From positions 10,624,567 to 10,688,566 of the forward strand of contig CM120644.1 of NCBI GenBank assembly GCA_051362555.1: DNA of 64,000 nt, written 5' to 3'. Position 1 is the stretch's first letter, and each line of letters starts with the position of its first letter. Shown piece by piece: positions 14,698 to 28,800 of this stretch. Origin of the DNA: Lingula anatina (taxonomy: Eukaryota > Animalia > Brachiopoda). A program made the position numbers and the translations under genes. The notes beneath the pieces are model-generated. The model was given only the letters and a program-made list of their open reading frames with translations. It had not been told where the DNA came from and made no database searches.

Positions 14698-16047
14698 TAC
14701 ATGCGCATGCATTTAAAACATATAAAAGACTTAATTTCTTCAATTAACTTAATCGCCTCAGAAGAGCAAGGGAGCGTTCACTTAAATTGGAAATAAGAAC
14801 ATTCAGGTAGTTAAACGCCCATTAAACTTTCTAAAGTCTGCTTAAAGTTGCATGATTATTTATACAGTCAACATGGCGAAGTCACAGCTGAGTTTAGAGG
14901 GCTGATGATTATAAGATCTACTTGTGGGACAAATTTTCTAGTAAACAACATTATGGTGTATTTCACCTTAACAAAATGCAACCACAAACCATGCAGGGTC
15001 AGGTATACATGTATGTCCTGAATATCGTAAAAGTGATTAAAAAACGGTACGCAGCATCGAAATTGTGTTGGGATGATCAGCTTGTTCAGATTCGATTTCC
15101 AAATTGAGGGGGGGGGGGTCACTAAGGTCCGAAAAAGTAATATATGTCAATTGTATTTTTTGTTTGTTTGTTTCATAAATGGCTATAAAATGCTCACCTG
15201 AAAGTATATATTTATAAAGCTTCTAGAACCTAAATAAGTAGTAAGTCATGGTATTAACACTGGTATTTATTCAATCAAAACCACACATTGGCAATAAACA
15301 AAGCATTTAATAATATTTTAGTTGTTTTCAACACATAACAGTTTATTATCAAGCTAACATGTACAGTGTGTTTTGTAGCTTTAAATATTAAGAGCGCTTG
15401 TGAATTAACAGTTGGTGTACAATTAAGCAGGGCAGTGGAGCATTGCGCAACAAGCATCATATATTGTAGTCGCTTTTCGTTATTCAGCCTTGTACAGTGC
15501 GTCACTAAGTCAAAAGACATTCTGTGAAGTCTCTTTGCATTGTCCGACAACAAAAATTTTGTTGCCCATGCAGTTATAAATTGAAGCATGGCCCGTTGTG
15601 AGAAAGAATCCCGTCGTTCTCTGATCATGCACGTGGGTCGACTACACGCGCTCCTCCTTTTATTCACGACAGAAACTGGGGTCACAGGGGCACAAGGAGA
15701 GTAAAATAAAATCTATAAAACCTCTCCACCATCCCCCGCTTCTGTCTAGCAGAAAACAAATAACAAAATTGATGCAATATCGGGCATTTCTTAGAATATA
15801 GTCGTAGAGAGTGAACTCATATGAATTTTTTTAGCATTGATCATTGTCTTTACTCACTTCTTTTGGGGAAATGGGCGGGGTGGGCTCCGCCATTTTGTCT
15901 TAGCAAATAAGAGATGTGATGCACTAGTATGTATCTTCCATTGAATAACGTGTTATATACACATGTTTTAATTGTACGTGGACTACAATTATGGTCTTTC
16001 GTCCTCAGCTCCAAGTGACAAGTTGAAATGCTTTCAGTTAATGTTCC

Positions 16048-19000
16048 TTAACTTTTGGGGACGCCGTTTCTATAGGCTTGCTGTTTGTTCAGTTCTTCTA
16101 TTTCGTCGTGACTAATGGCCCAGTCGTAAAATCGAATCTGGAATGAAATGAAAAACATCAAATAGAAATCTAAATAAACCAATACAAAATATACACATCA
16201 ATAACATATTTAAACGGATGGAGGCCACTTACTAGTGGAAAGATGGGCAAAGTCAACGTCTTTCAACATTGATTAATTAAGACAAAATGAAATAAACCAT
16301 CAACTGCTTAAGGAGCCTTTGTAATTCTTCCACGATAAAGCGTTTTCAAAACATAAACTATGCACTGCAACTTAGCCCCCCCCCCCCCCCTTAAAGTGAC
16401 CCGCTGTTTAACCATGTAGCATTTTGACGTTTTTCCCTTTTACCAGTAATTGGTGCATGAAGGTCATATTCGCCAGATAAGTTTATGTGGATTTATCTCC
16501 ATGCAGTATTTTTTCAAAGAAAAATGAATCAATTGTATTACAAATTAAGAGACAAAAGGGTTATACCATTTGGTTGAGCCAGAGGCATGTTTAAGTTCAG
16601 GGCCATATCAATAGTTTGTGAGTGTCATGTGCTTGGCTAGAACACTTACATCATCCATGTAACCCCTGAACCTTGACGATCCGAATCCAAGGTCAAGGTC
16701 GATATATCTGTCTACGCCTATCACCATTGGAGAATGCGGTTGCCTAGCAATCTGACCTGAAAATAATATTATTCAGAAAAAATAACGCACTGTTCAGTAA
16801 TTAAAACGCACAGTTAAAAAATAACCAAAATACTTTCATCGTGTAACCATTTAATTATCCATTCATTTGGTATTGTTTCTATTTATTTAATTATTATCTC
16901 ATTTGTCTATTTACTTATTGAGGATGTACATGTATGTATAAAACTAGTCAAGGCTGTTGCTCTGCCAGCCCTCACACTTAAAACACGTGATGACCGTTGT
17001 CATGGAGACAGTTACCATGGTGCAGGCAACTTGACAACGCTGAGGATGGAAAAAAAGTGTTATAACACGTAGACGATAAGATCATGCATACAAACCTTAC
17101 CTTCAATAGGTACGTTCACTCTCTGTGTCCCGTTCACAAAGATCAGCAGGTTGGTGCTGTTGCAGACATAGGCCACGTGATGCCAGTCTCCCTCGTTCAT
17201 ACGGTTGTCCTGGAAGTGAAAACAACGAAACAATACGAACTATGTACTGATTATATAACAAACCACGTTAAATTTATAGTGGCGTCGAGGGTATTTGTTT
17301 GGTTTTATGGGTTCAACAGCACATGGTTTTGTACGAGTACGACGATTGAAAAATACCGCTGTCACTCACCGTTACTTATAGTACAAGTTGTTATGGAAGG
17401 AATATATTGTATGACGATAACATTGATGATAAAAGTAAAAGTTTTGTTCACATTATATCTAGACCTACTGGCATCATGCAAACTAAAATTTGTGCATATT
17501 CTACAATTCGGTTATTTGACACGGTGGTCCTCATATTTAACTGGGTCCTTTAGCAATGTAACGTATGTCACAGATATGCAAATACATGTACTAGTATTTC
17601 CCGTTATATAAAAGTACCATATTTTATCCCTTAATACGCAAAAGACAAAGAAATGGCATTATTAAAGAGGAAAAAATTAACCTACACTGTCCCTGTACAT
17701 GAATTCGTATGTTGTAACATTCGTCTTCACTGCCCCTCGGATGTACCACGTTTCACTGAATATTTGTACAGACGGTGCCCCAGATTTTGTCACTCTCCCG
17801 TTGTTAATCAGTCCCTGGCTGCCGCCGGAGCTTTTGAGGCGTTTGTAGAAAAAAGCAACAGAAGTATCCCCAAATCTCCTATTCATAAAATATGGGATTT
17901 CCATATGACCGTTTTTGAAATGGGCGGCGTACCGATTGACCCTGCCCCTTGGTACGATTGTGAGGACCCCGTAGATGCCGGTCCAGACGAGATTATGGCC
18001 CGGGCGAGAACATCGAAAGTCACCGCCCTCGAAGTCGTAAACGATTGGGAAATATTCTGCAATGAGTATTAAAGATGGAACATAATATTTCATGTACAAA
18101 CATTTCTTCAATTTCTGAAAGTGAAACCAAACTCTTCTAGCAAATATATTAAAGCACTCTAAAATGTAAGTGACTGTGCTTAGATGCCTGCTGTATTCTT
18201 CCTTAAAGCATTTCATGATGGAGTTTACTTACAGGCGCGTTCAGTATCATCATCCATCATCCTGGCACTTACCCGGGCCGCACTGACATCTCGCCAGGTT
18301 GAAGTCATAGTGTCCACAAGAGACCAGCTCGTAGGTACCGTTGTCATTTTGGTAAAAAGACCGGGAATCATTCACCAGCGTGTGGCGTGTGAATTTTTCA
18401 AACTGACAACTTTCTGAAACCAAGTGATATATACTGCTACATTCTGTTGTCACACTGCTTAACTCATGATGTGTGATTAAGACAGATTCATCAGATTATT
18501 AATTGCAAGAACGCGAAAATCCATCATGCAGAAGTATTTACTTTTACCATGCGTGTATGAGGCACATTTTATTTCGGGGTGGATCATTCATAAACAAAAT
18601 AGCGATGGGGGGCATGGGATGCACTCCGCTCTCAGACTGCCCCCCCCTCCCCCCCCCCCCCCCCGCCCCAACAACCACCCACCCATCCCGAGAGCAAAAC
18701 AGCCACGCTTTAAAGGTAGATATAATTTACACATTGGCTACATTTTTATTGGCCATGGATTTTTTTAGCATTTAACCATTTAACAAGAAAAGAAAAATGT
18801 GGGTAGCAAAACAGCAAGGTAGCCGGTTTCGCAGTATTTATAAACTTATACGTGTTATAAGGTTCGTCAAGCAAAACATTTAGCCAAATGAAATGTCCGT
18901 TTGTTTGCTACAAGAGTGAGGCTGCTCGAGTCCTTACCTTTCAGTAACACGGAGGGTGGCGGTGGTGAAGGTGGTGGTGCTTCCGCCGCTTGCAGAATCA

Positions 19001-22000
19001 CTTTTGTGTCTGTAAGATAACTCAGTCATAAAGTCCAAATATCCAACATGGCTATAAATGTGTGGGCGTGTGAATGCTACTGAGAGCAAAAATTCATTTT
19101 TAAAATTTTAAAACCTATACGTATTATACATATAATATTATACTCAGTACTTTGCCCTTATACACATCTGTCATGCAATAGGAATGACAAAAAAATAACC
19201 CTGGTAATTCTGATTTAACTGCTAACTTTCCATTTTGCTTACCAGTATACTTTTATTAATTTAACTATTTCGGTACAAATGCATTTCACCATGACTATCT
19301 CATATCTCAGTCTACATTTACAGTGACAAACTTCCAGTAAAAATTTCAAAATGTGTTTTACACAAAGACTGATGTTCAGACAATGTTATAATCAAGGAAT
19401 GCATATGCATATATACTTAATTACATTTTAGGTGGCTATATGGTAGTTGGTTAGAATGATTTTTAATAAAGATGCTACATTTAATATGTGGAAAGGGGAA
19501 AAAGGTCCAGTGGTGACCCAGACGAACCACTTTACCTTACACCTACAGTCGACATAATTGAGGGTTAAATCAAGTTTAATTCATTGTACATGTAAGCATT
19601 CCATCGATACCACACGAACAAATCCCGTCTGTAGAAATGGTGGCCCCACCAGCTGAGCCACACATTAAGAGCATAGAAAAAGATAAATGACATTCCTTTG
19701 CTACAGCAACAGAGCATTAAAAATAATGGGTCTCTTCATGGCCAGAACAACGCCATTTATTGTCCACGTGACACATGCATTTATTTTTTAGTTTTAAGTG
19801 AGTGCTTTCTCTCCACCGCTTAAATAAACTGCGAAATTTCCATTCAGTTTGTAACACTATCAGCCTAAGGAACATTTTAACCAGACTTTTGGGAAAATGC
19901 CGAAAAGAAAAATAACAAAAACAAAATAGGGTTGAGGATGTCAACCTCGCAGTATTAACATTAAAGCATCGTCTCATAAGCTTTGTATAGGCCTACCGTT
20001 GCAGTGTCCGTCTGGTATGGGCCTGTTATCGCATTTCACTGCATCGCACCAGTCGCACCATAGGTTGTTGGTGTCGAACAGCAGCCCGGGTTTACATGCC
20101 TGACCGTGATATGAAAAAAAACATGAAATGAAAAAAATAATATTTTAGTAAAATATGGTATACGCGTTTGGATACTAATCATACCGAGTAGCCTCCTTTC
20201 TGCAAGTCACACTGTTCATTCACGTTACAAAAAATGTGCTTTGGACAGAAAAGAAGTACATCAGCTGTGTTATGTTATGATAATTAAGTAGTTTTTCTTC
20301 ATTCAGTTGCTTGATATTGAAATACTGGTACTTTGCCTCCAGTATTTTGATGTCGAACAGGATATCTCCTGAACAGAGACTACTGGTATATATTCAGCGG
20401 AATAGCCTCGTTCCCTGATAAGATGTTCTGTTAGACATCGAAATATTGGATGTAAACTATTTCAATAATAAGCTACTGAGAAAAGCAAATTTACTTAATT
20501 CTTATAAGTTTTAGAGTTCTGTGTGACTTCCTTGCACCGACCTGCTGAAGCGAATTTCCTTTCCCTGTACTAGACCTCTTTCCTTGATGGAAAGCTGAAT
20601 TCTACGGTGCATATCGGTCACATGTTATAAATGTAGACATCAGCATCAATTGACACATTGCTCAAATATTTCAGATGGCTTCAACAAACCAGGCATTCAC
20701 GCCCGTCTCTTAATCATTAATCACAGGTAGATTTATTCAACTGAAATTTCGGGGTACACATTTATTCTGGATCCGTCAAGGTAAAAGCGGTTGAAGAGCA
20801 CACTATTCTACTTTCATCTCTATTCACAGACACGTGTACATTACGAGGACAATTAAGACTTTCAATCTTCATAATTTTGGGATAAAGTTGATTAATTTTA
20901 GTTGGCAAGAACACCGTTTTAATTTAGCATGGAAAGGCTGGGTACTGGAGCTGGTTGTAATAGTTTTGTACTACAATGTACATTTGAAACATTTTAGAAG
21001 ATTTGACCCTAAGATGTCGTTTAGATGTATCAATGTCTTGGTTTTCTTCATCATAATGTACCTGACGATGTGTTACATTTTTTTACAATTTTGTGTCTGA
21101 TTTTCAATAATCAACGGCCTGTCGTGGCCTTCTTATAACCCAAGTAGGACAAGAGCTAATGAGTGGGTTAATGCGTGACCTCAGTCTGTAAAATCAATTC
21201 TGGTAGATTCACCATACACACATACATTAATATTTGTCGCAGTCGGCTATAAAATTAATAGTTTGACTTAGAAATTACCACAGGATGGAATTTGCACTTG
21301 GCAAACGTGTGTGCCGAGATAGTTATCAAATGACTACTAACCACGACAGAATGGCGATTTTGATCCTCCTGGTTGATTTTAATGTCAGTTAACAAATCAG
21401 TGGAATAGATGGAATCCAAAAGGGGATGTCGGGCGCGGGGCGGGGCGAGGGGGGGGAGGGGGCTCACACCTCTCAACTCTTTGTTATTCTGGGTCCGTGA
21501 ATAATTTAGACACATATGTGGAGCGCAATTTCAAAGACTTAATTTTTTCTTAAAAATGAGTTCCATTCAGGAAAATATCGCCATTGAATTGTAATACGAC
21601 TTTCCAACACATCTCACCCGAACAAAAATCAAAGAGTTTGGTGGATATTTTATATTTTTTGAGCAATACATGTATGCCAAACATCCTTCATTTACAGAGC
21701 ACTGTATACAAATGGCTCAGGTGAATGTACAACATTTTTAAAGGTACAACTTAAAAGTACACACGCGAATATGGTAATATGGTAATGCATCGACACTGGA
21801 TTAAGATCAATGCATTTGTGCGCTTGGCTCCAGTTAAAAATCATTGCAGATAAACATCGCTTTTGCATAGGATATATTACGAATTTTAATTCAATATACT
21901 GACGGTGAATAATTAATCAGTTTTTCAGGAGAGCCAGGACACTGTGTGAGGAATTTTGTCAAAATCTCTCTTTCAGCTATTTTCATTTTTATACTCACCA

Positions 22001-22704
22001 TATGATGAACCCGGTACGCCGCTCCTAACTTCTCACATATGACGTAAGCGGCACAGTTTACTGGGTCTATTCGTACGTGACCCACGTTATGCAACTGGGG
22101 ATCGTCTGTGCATAGGGACTCCTCGCCTGTAATGGCGTAAGAATAAAAATAATAACATTTACAAACCATCTCCTTTGGTCTTAATTCAAATATTGGGGGG
22201 GGGGGGGGGGGGGGGCGGGCGGGGTATTATTGTTGGGCATAGGTTGACAGAGGCTTTAAAGATAAATGCATCAATTAAAAAGACTCATTTAGGTACGCAT
22301 TCGGCATTAAAAAGTGAACTGCGTCCCTTCATTATCACCCTGATACACCAGTGCTGATGACCGCCGTAATTCGGTTCAATAAAAAATCCGAAGATGAAAT
22401 TTATTGAGACCATCAACCTGATTTGGGATTTCTAACAGGTCATGTGACGCATGTCTTACTTCAAACATGTACATTCCACAAATTACAATACATCATCGTA
22501 TATCAATATTCAGTATCTACGTTACATATCAGCTTATGTTACAAGAAAAATTGCATTAGCTTATTTCAATCTTATTGATACACATTGCAAGATATGAAAA
22601 AAGTCATTTTTAACCTTACCTTCATCAAAAATGTAAGATTTTGATGAAACTCCCTGTGGAAATACGAAAGAGGTGACAAAAACGACAACCACGAGCGCGT
22701 GCAT
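16048..22704 (-). CDS. Secreted CBM14-like + LamG/ConA-like domain protein, paralogue C (about 401 aa, 9 exons)
   Basis: Exons 22704-22620, 22126-21999, 20099-19997, 19009-18938, 18413-18273, 18056-17686, 17209-17101, 16756-16650, 16137-16048; 1206 nt, open to TAA. Signal peptide MHALVVVVFVTSFVFPQGVSS; NCAAYVIC...ACKPGLLFD; linker APPPSPPPPS; WHHVAYVCNSTNLLIFVNG, FRGYMDD|IRFYDWAI. Exon sizes of 103, 109 and 107 nt match paralogue B. Confidence 0.9.
20272..20506. mobile_element. Fold-back (hairpin) MITE-like element in intron 2 of paralogue C
   Basis: Imperfect inverted arms throughout: TAATTAAGTA/TACTTAATT, TATTGAAATA/TATTTCAATA, CCAGTATTTTGATGTC/GACATCGAAATATTGG. Boundaries approximate. Confidence 0.55.
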
Positions 22705-24677
22705 CTTGTAGATGAAGAAAGACGTTAAGTGACCATGGTAAATTGGAAGGGAAGGTTTAATGAAAATCAATGTCTTGATGATTCACTATATTTAGCAAGT
22801 GTCAGCGCGTTAATTAGATGCTAGAAAGAAGACACTTGCAAATGTCACCTTATTTAAATTGATCACGCATTTAGGAGGCCCAAATTTGAATCCTCATTCG
22901 TAATTATTCGTTAAAAAGCACCACGGATGAACATTAAACGAGTAATTGCTAAATAAATCTAAATGTTTTATTGCGCAGCAACATGGCCTCCAAAACAATA
23001 ACACTAAAATCAACTTCGATTTAATGAGGCTGAAATTAAACAGCAGACCAGAGACTGCAATGTTGTTCACTCAGTCAGGGCGATATGTCTTCACGCCTTG
23101 GTCTTGTATGATACTTTAAATTAAGGCGAGCCGCAAAGATGGGGACCACAAACATAAAAACTCTGTGCATTACACACATTAGTGTCACTGGAATGTGCAA
23201 GCCCAGGTTATTGGCAGGCAGTGAAGAATGTATTAAGAGCGATTAAAGGACTGATATATTTACTGAGGTTTAAATCCGGTGACAATTTAGTGTTGCGTTT
23301 ATTTACATGCTGGAGTGCTGTACATCTTGTGTTGGCATCCACGAAACCGCCATCGACCAAAAAGGGCTCCCCATTTGTACAGATTTAAATTATCTGATAA
23401 CTTTGCATTAATTCTTATATAGATGTTCGAATTTTGCCAATTCGAACTGAATTTCAGTTCAAAAAGTTAAAAAATGACCATGGTGGGACTAACTTGCATT
23501 TGGTTGAAAGACAATGACCATCTGCCCCTTTTCCTTTTTATTATTAATGAAAAAACTAAACAAAACCACATTCTATTTAGTTTATTTAACAGACGTTTTG
23601 ATGTACGCCAACCTTTTTCAGTCATTAATGAGGCGGTCGGCAATTTAGAGAATAATTTTAAACTGATACGAAAGAGTATCTGAGAATAGAAGCAGCAAAA
23701 TTTAATTTCCATTATTACCGAATCCAATTTCCATTTGACCTAAGTGCGTTCTTAAATTAAAGAATACCCCCCCCCCCCAGTCATTTTAAAAGTGTTTTCA
23801 GCTGAATGTAATTCGTTTATACGCATCAGTCCGTGAACAATCCTTCACATGGGCACGTTTTCTCAAATGACATTTTACCATTGCAATTGTGTTTTTGCTA
23901 AATAACTAACGATTGTCACAACGCCAAAAACTGACACACGGTTAAAATGAGACACACAAACCACCGGGATGTCGATCCTAGATCTCCCATTCTTTGGCAG
24001 CTAGACTTCAACATTTGTAGAAAGTTATAATGCAGCGGTCAAAATATTGTTGCCGTTTACGACACAAGACGCTTTCTCGTGTATTTTGCAAAAGGTGATG
24101 CAATGCAAATCATTAATTAGGGATACTGGCTTCTTCATTTAAAATATATATACATTACCATGCCTAAGCCATTGAGTTATATGACAATGTGTAATTTGCT
24201 TGGGTGTGCCCGTTTTGTGTGACCCATGGCTGCAACTCTTCCTCACTGAATAGGACTGTTTGAACCATCGCCGTGTTGATTCATTTCTACAGGGGCCAGG
24301 CATAGCACGTTCTTTTCAACAATGGCGAGGTAATGTACTACGTGCCCACTGGATGCAGACAACGATCAAATTGTGTTGAATTTAGAATTTTTTCAAAGGT
24401 AATATTTCAGTCTTGACACCACGCAGCCGTCATCAAGCCTTATATTCGGCTTGTGTATGACAGTCACATTACTGTCAGACATCACGGTTTGCCAGTTTGC
24501 TGAAACGTCTATACAATCTGTCTTCAGGATTATTTATCTTCTTGTCATCGTTTTCTTCTCAACAATATTTAAGGTATGTTTCTAAATAGTGCCATTGTAA
24601 CCACCCGTTTTAGTATTCAAAACCCACAGACCGTAACGTGTTTTTTATCCTGTATTTGAACCTTTGTCTGTTTTTTT

Positions 24678-24708
<31 letters not shown>

Positions 24709-25801
24709 AATCTCCCCGCTAGGTGCTTACAAGAGATTTGCACGGATATAATTTAGTTCGTATCTTCGATAAAATGACACTTGGTATCAAATGAGTGAAT
24801 TTTAGACAACGCTTTATACATCCGAGTGAACAAACAAAGGTCAATATTGGTATGCTACCTGCAAGCTGAATTCGAATCATTTGTAAATTTAAAATTGCGT
24901 TTAGTAAATACCCGGGAATATAATGATTTTCTCTTTAATAACCAGAAGTTTTTACTAGGAGCTAGAATGCACGAAACATAAGGGAATGAAGTAATTTGCC
25001 AAACCTTCAATTGTAGCTTATTTTTACATAAGTGTTGTAACCCATTGTATTATCAATAGGAATTTGAATTTGGGGTTTAATTGGAATGAAATACCGGAAG
25101 CATTAATCAGAGTTAAGACAATTAAACTATGTATTTATAATTTTTGGGGAAAGCAAAAGGTATTATTAACTTAAGTAGAAGTAGACTTCCTTGTGGTAAA
25201 AATCTGCATTACATGAATATGTTCAATTGGGCGTACAATGAACACAGTGAAGTAAGCTTTAAATTGGCCCCAAAGACTGTAAATTCTCTTTTATGTCTCC
25301 TTGTTCTAAAGAGACTTTAATAATATGGCATACCAATTAAAAGAAAGGGACAAACTCAGGTATGATGTTTGAAATTTGGGTGGTGACGACCGCATTTATT
25401 GAAAGTAACTCTGATAAAAGAAGTGAAGCAGTTAAGTGATAAATATTGAATAGCGTTGAGTAAAGATATGCTTTCGGTGAAGTGAAAACGTAGAGCAAAG
25501 GCAACTGCGTGCTCATGATGAGGTACATGTACATGTACTTGTAACTTAAGTGAGGAAACAAGCACCATGAGCTCAGCAATTAACTTCAACTAAGCCGAGC
25601 GAACAATAACATAGAATAATACAATATTCGAAATCCATATACGTGTACCCATAACAAGTCTGCATTATTATTCTCATTTCATTCAAAGCAGAATATAAAT
25701 AAAGAGGAAAGTACTTCACGAAGAGCATCTATTGTTCGGAAAACTGAATCCTTTTGTTCGAGAGGCTTCCACTGGTTCTTTGAGCGTTACAGGAAGAATA
25801 T

Positions 25802-28800
25802 CTAGCCCACGAAGTTAACCGAAAGTTGCTTTGATGAAAACTGGCGACATGGTGGTCTATTGAGAGTCTCGTAGTAACTTTGCTTCACAACATAGGAAGG
25901 ACTGATATCGCATACTCGGGTCACGCCTGAAATATACCGGTAGCGCTGCATATTAAAAAAAAGTCACCGCCAAAACACCATTTATTTTCCTTTATCTCTA
26001 CGTTTAACTTGTAAGTAGCAATGAAATGCTTTACTCAGACATAAACGCATTAACTTATTATGATTATGTTTTAATGATATTTATTACCCTTCCCGGCATT
26101 TTTGACGTTAAAACAGAATTAAGCACTACTAGAGCAGAGTTACCTGTGAGCGCCATGGTACTTTCTAGTTCGTTCGTCAATATGTCAAGTACATCTTGAA
26201 CACCCTGGGAGCCGTTAGTGGCCAGACCATAGATAGCAGGACGACCGACAAAGACTGCTTTGGCTCCTTAAATATTGACAAAAATAAATATAGCTACAAA
26301 TATGCTACAATACAGTTATATAACTTGTCACCTCATACATGTAATTTGAATTTTTGTTAATCTTAAATCTTTTAGAGCATATTTTTTTATAAGCTAAGAA
26401 TTATTGGCTTCAATTTAAATTGTCTTAAAAAAGGTCAAAGGAAAGTTGAGAATTCTGCACCACTTTTATGGTCCAATTTTCTTAACAAATCAAATGGCTT
26501 TTAATGATTTTTATCATTGTTTTAAAATAATTTCAAAACCTGTTATATTGAGGAATATTTAGATTAACTTGTATATTTTAGTTTTAATTACTTTTAAATT
26601 AGTTTTTCATAAATCTCTGTAGTTTTAGTTTTGATATACATATGTAAAAAGAGATAAAACGCATGTGTAGAGCGGTTTAAGGAAATGAATCATTACTATT
26701 ATTATTATTATTGTTGTTGCTGACGAACTAGAACCTTCACCGAACTAGACTATACATCCATCCCGATTTGCCAAGACAAACTACATAAAACACCAATTAG
26801 ATGGGATATCAAGTCCGGCATCTCATAACGCTATACTGACCACACCGTTTGCCCTGCCGCCTACCTAGAGCTAGCGCCGTGTAAACGTCCCTTCCGTTCC
26901 GAATTCCTCCGTCGAGGTAAACCTCACATCGTCCCCTAACGACACGCACCACATCCCAGAGCGCATTGATAGAGGCTGTAGTACCATCAAGTGTGCTGCA
27001 ATAAATATGTAAATTTTAATAAAATCAAATTAACCGTTTGATGGGGCCCTTGCAATTAACCTTTACGCCGTTTTAAATTATCAATTAGAGCAATGCAATT
27101 AAAGTTTACCCTGCGCACCACTTACCGGCCACCGTGGTTAGATACATACAAGCCATCCACACCATGGCGCACCGCAAGTTCGGCGTCCTCTGGGGTTAAA
27201 ATTCCCTTAAGAATGATTGGAAGATGTGTCACGTTTTTCAACCAATCAACATCGTCCCATGTGACTGTGTTGATTTGATTATCAGCGTCGTCTATGGTGC
27301 CACCAATTACTGGTCTAGGAAGGTTGACAAAGTCGAACGAGGCGGGGAATTCGAATTCACCCCGTAAAGAAGAGTAAGATATCCGTCTGAAGGCTACATC
27401 GTCTATGGTTAGCACTATTGCCTGGTAACCTACAATGCATACTTAAAGTTTAAATGAACTTGAGCGTCGGTGGAGCGTGGACTCCCAGTAACGCATATAT
27501 ACCACTTTTACTTGCTTCTTATACGGCTTAAAGAAATTCTAAATGTCAAGGGATAAACTGAATAAATCACTCGATCAACCATAAAAGCTTTAAACTGCTC
27601 CTTTTTCATTTTTTTGGTCATACGTTTAACCTCCTTACCTGACCTATTTACATGAATCTGTCCCTTTTATATACAGAAAGCTAGCAGAAAAATCCGTTCA
27701 AATATCATTCTTCGGGGAATATAAACGATGTCTATTGGTAACTCTCTTAGTTATGCTATTTGGAACTGAATGCTGGCATTTGTGATATCTTGTAAAATTA
27801 AACTGAGGAAGTTTTCCACATATAATACCGGTAATAACCGTAACCTTACGTTAACTTTCCATACATCACCTCATCAAATAAGAAGGGGAAAAAAGGCATT
27901 TGCTTTACAACATCAGCAGTTGCAAAAAGCTTCCATAGGTACTACAGGTCTTCCCGTGATAAAGAGCGTTTTTTTTTTCTAATTATTACCAGCCGATTCA
28001 ACTCTCCTAATGTGCCTCAGCATGTCGTTCCTTGGCTTCACCATGTACGCCTGCATCCAACGATGTCCGTGTGGAACCGCACTGTGTACAGACTCCAACG
28101 GAGTGCCCGTGTCCTGAGAAAGGATCATAAGAGCGTTTTTGGCAGCGGCACCCAATGCTGTGCCTATCACTCCTTCTGGGTGAAACCATTTATGGAAAGC
28201 AGTCGGGGCAATGCCTTGAAAGAAAACATCTTCATATCCCAAGGGTATACGTGCAATTAGATGTGTAGTAGACTGGATTTTGGCACAAAAACATGTCATC
28301 TTCGAAAGTGGTTTGAGTTGAAGAAAAATGAGCATTTGACCTTGTACCAGTTGATATACTCAAAATTATTGAAAAGACAACTATATTTAAAACAATTTTC
28401 AGTAATTGTTTCGCAAAGTCCGGTTTCAGGTTTTCATCAATGTTTAGCATTGCCAACAAAGATCATTAATTCTCCCTTTAAAGTTTTGTAATGTACCAAC
28501 AGAAAAATTTCGAATTGCAATTAGTTGAATTTACGTCGTCACTATTACTGTTGGCACATAAGACATTCTGAATATGCAAAAACTATACAAATATTTAGGT
28601 ACCTTTATCAAAAACCTTTTCAACAAGTTTAAAACAGCACATTCCAATAATATCAACAGTGCATTAAAATATTATTAAATATTTAAATGTATGCTTACTT
28701 TATGATATATATAGTAAACTTTACAGCAGATTTCAAACTCACCTATTGGGATAGCGACTGCTTGTCCTTGAACAGTTGTACTTGTATCAATATGACTCAC

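Noticed and set aside
17084-18417. Long plus-strand ORFs (175, 139 and 77 aa) overlapping paralogue C
   Set aside because: Antisense to real exons, with no recognisable motifs or independent splice structure.
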